Part shown: in pieces, positions 63,986-64,000 of the stretch
Position numbering within the stretch: the first letter of the stretch is position 1
Layout: every line of letters begins with the position of its first letter
Assembly (NCBI GenBank): GCA_030390025.1
Contig: CM059433.1
Coordinates: 26,724,001 to 26,788,000, forward strand
DNA: 64,000 nucleotides
Direction of reading: 5' to 3'
From: Squalus acanthias
Lineage: Eukaryota
Program-made: the position numbers and the translations under genes
The notes under the pieces: model-generated
Databases searched by the model: none
Told to the model about the DNA's origin: nothing
What the model saw: only the letters and a program-made list of their open reading frames with translations

Positions 63986-64000
63986 ATTTTAATTTTATGC

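Overview
Eukaryotic DNA dominated by transposable elements, almost certainly from a shark or other elasmobranch (inferred from HE1/V-SINE-like, SacSINE1/DeuSINE-like and HER1/CR1-like repeats). It looks intronic or intergenic; I could not support any host protein-coding gene. Contents: many CR1, L2, Zenon-like CR1 and Vingi-like LINE fragments and tRNA-derived SINEs; one near-complete PIF/Harbinger transposon (1831-4302) plus a dense set of non-autonomous Harbinger derivatives and MITEs with non-TWA 3-bp TSDs; a hAT-type MITE; two minisatellites; and two families of Penelope-like elements (PLEs) carrying minimal hammerhead ribozyme motifs. Best signals: (i) a young 2.1-kb fold-back PLE with ~590-bp inverted arms, a 13-bp TSD and a variant hammerhead core (CCGACGA); (ii) a 177-bp perfect-hairpin derivative of the same PLE with its own 12-bp TSD, sitting at the bottom of a four-level nested insertion; (iii) a core-intact hammerhead in a second PLE family; (iv) an isolated 46-bp hairpin whose only mismatches are G:U-compatible. 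Family names come from motif recognition by eye, not from a database search, and most LINE/SINE boundaries are approximate.
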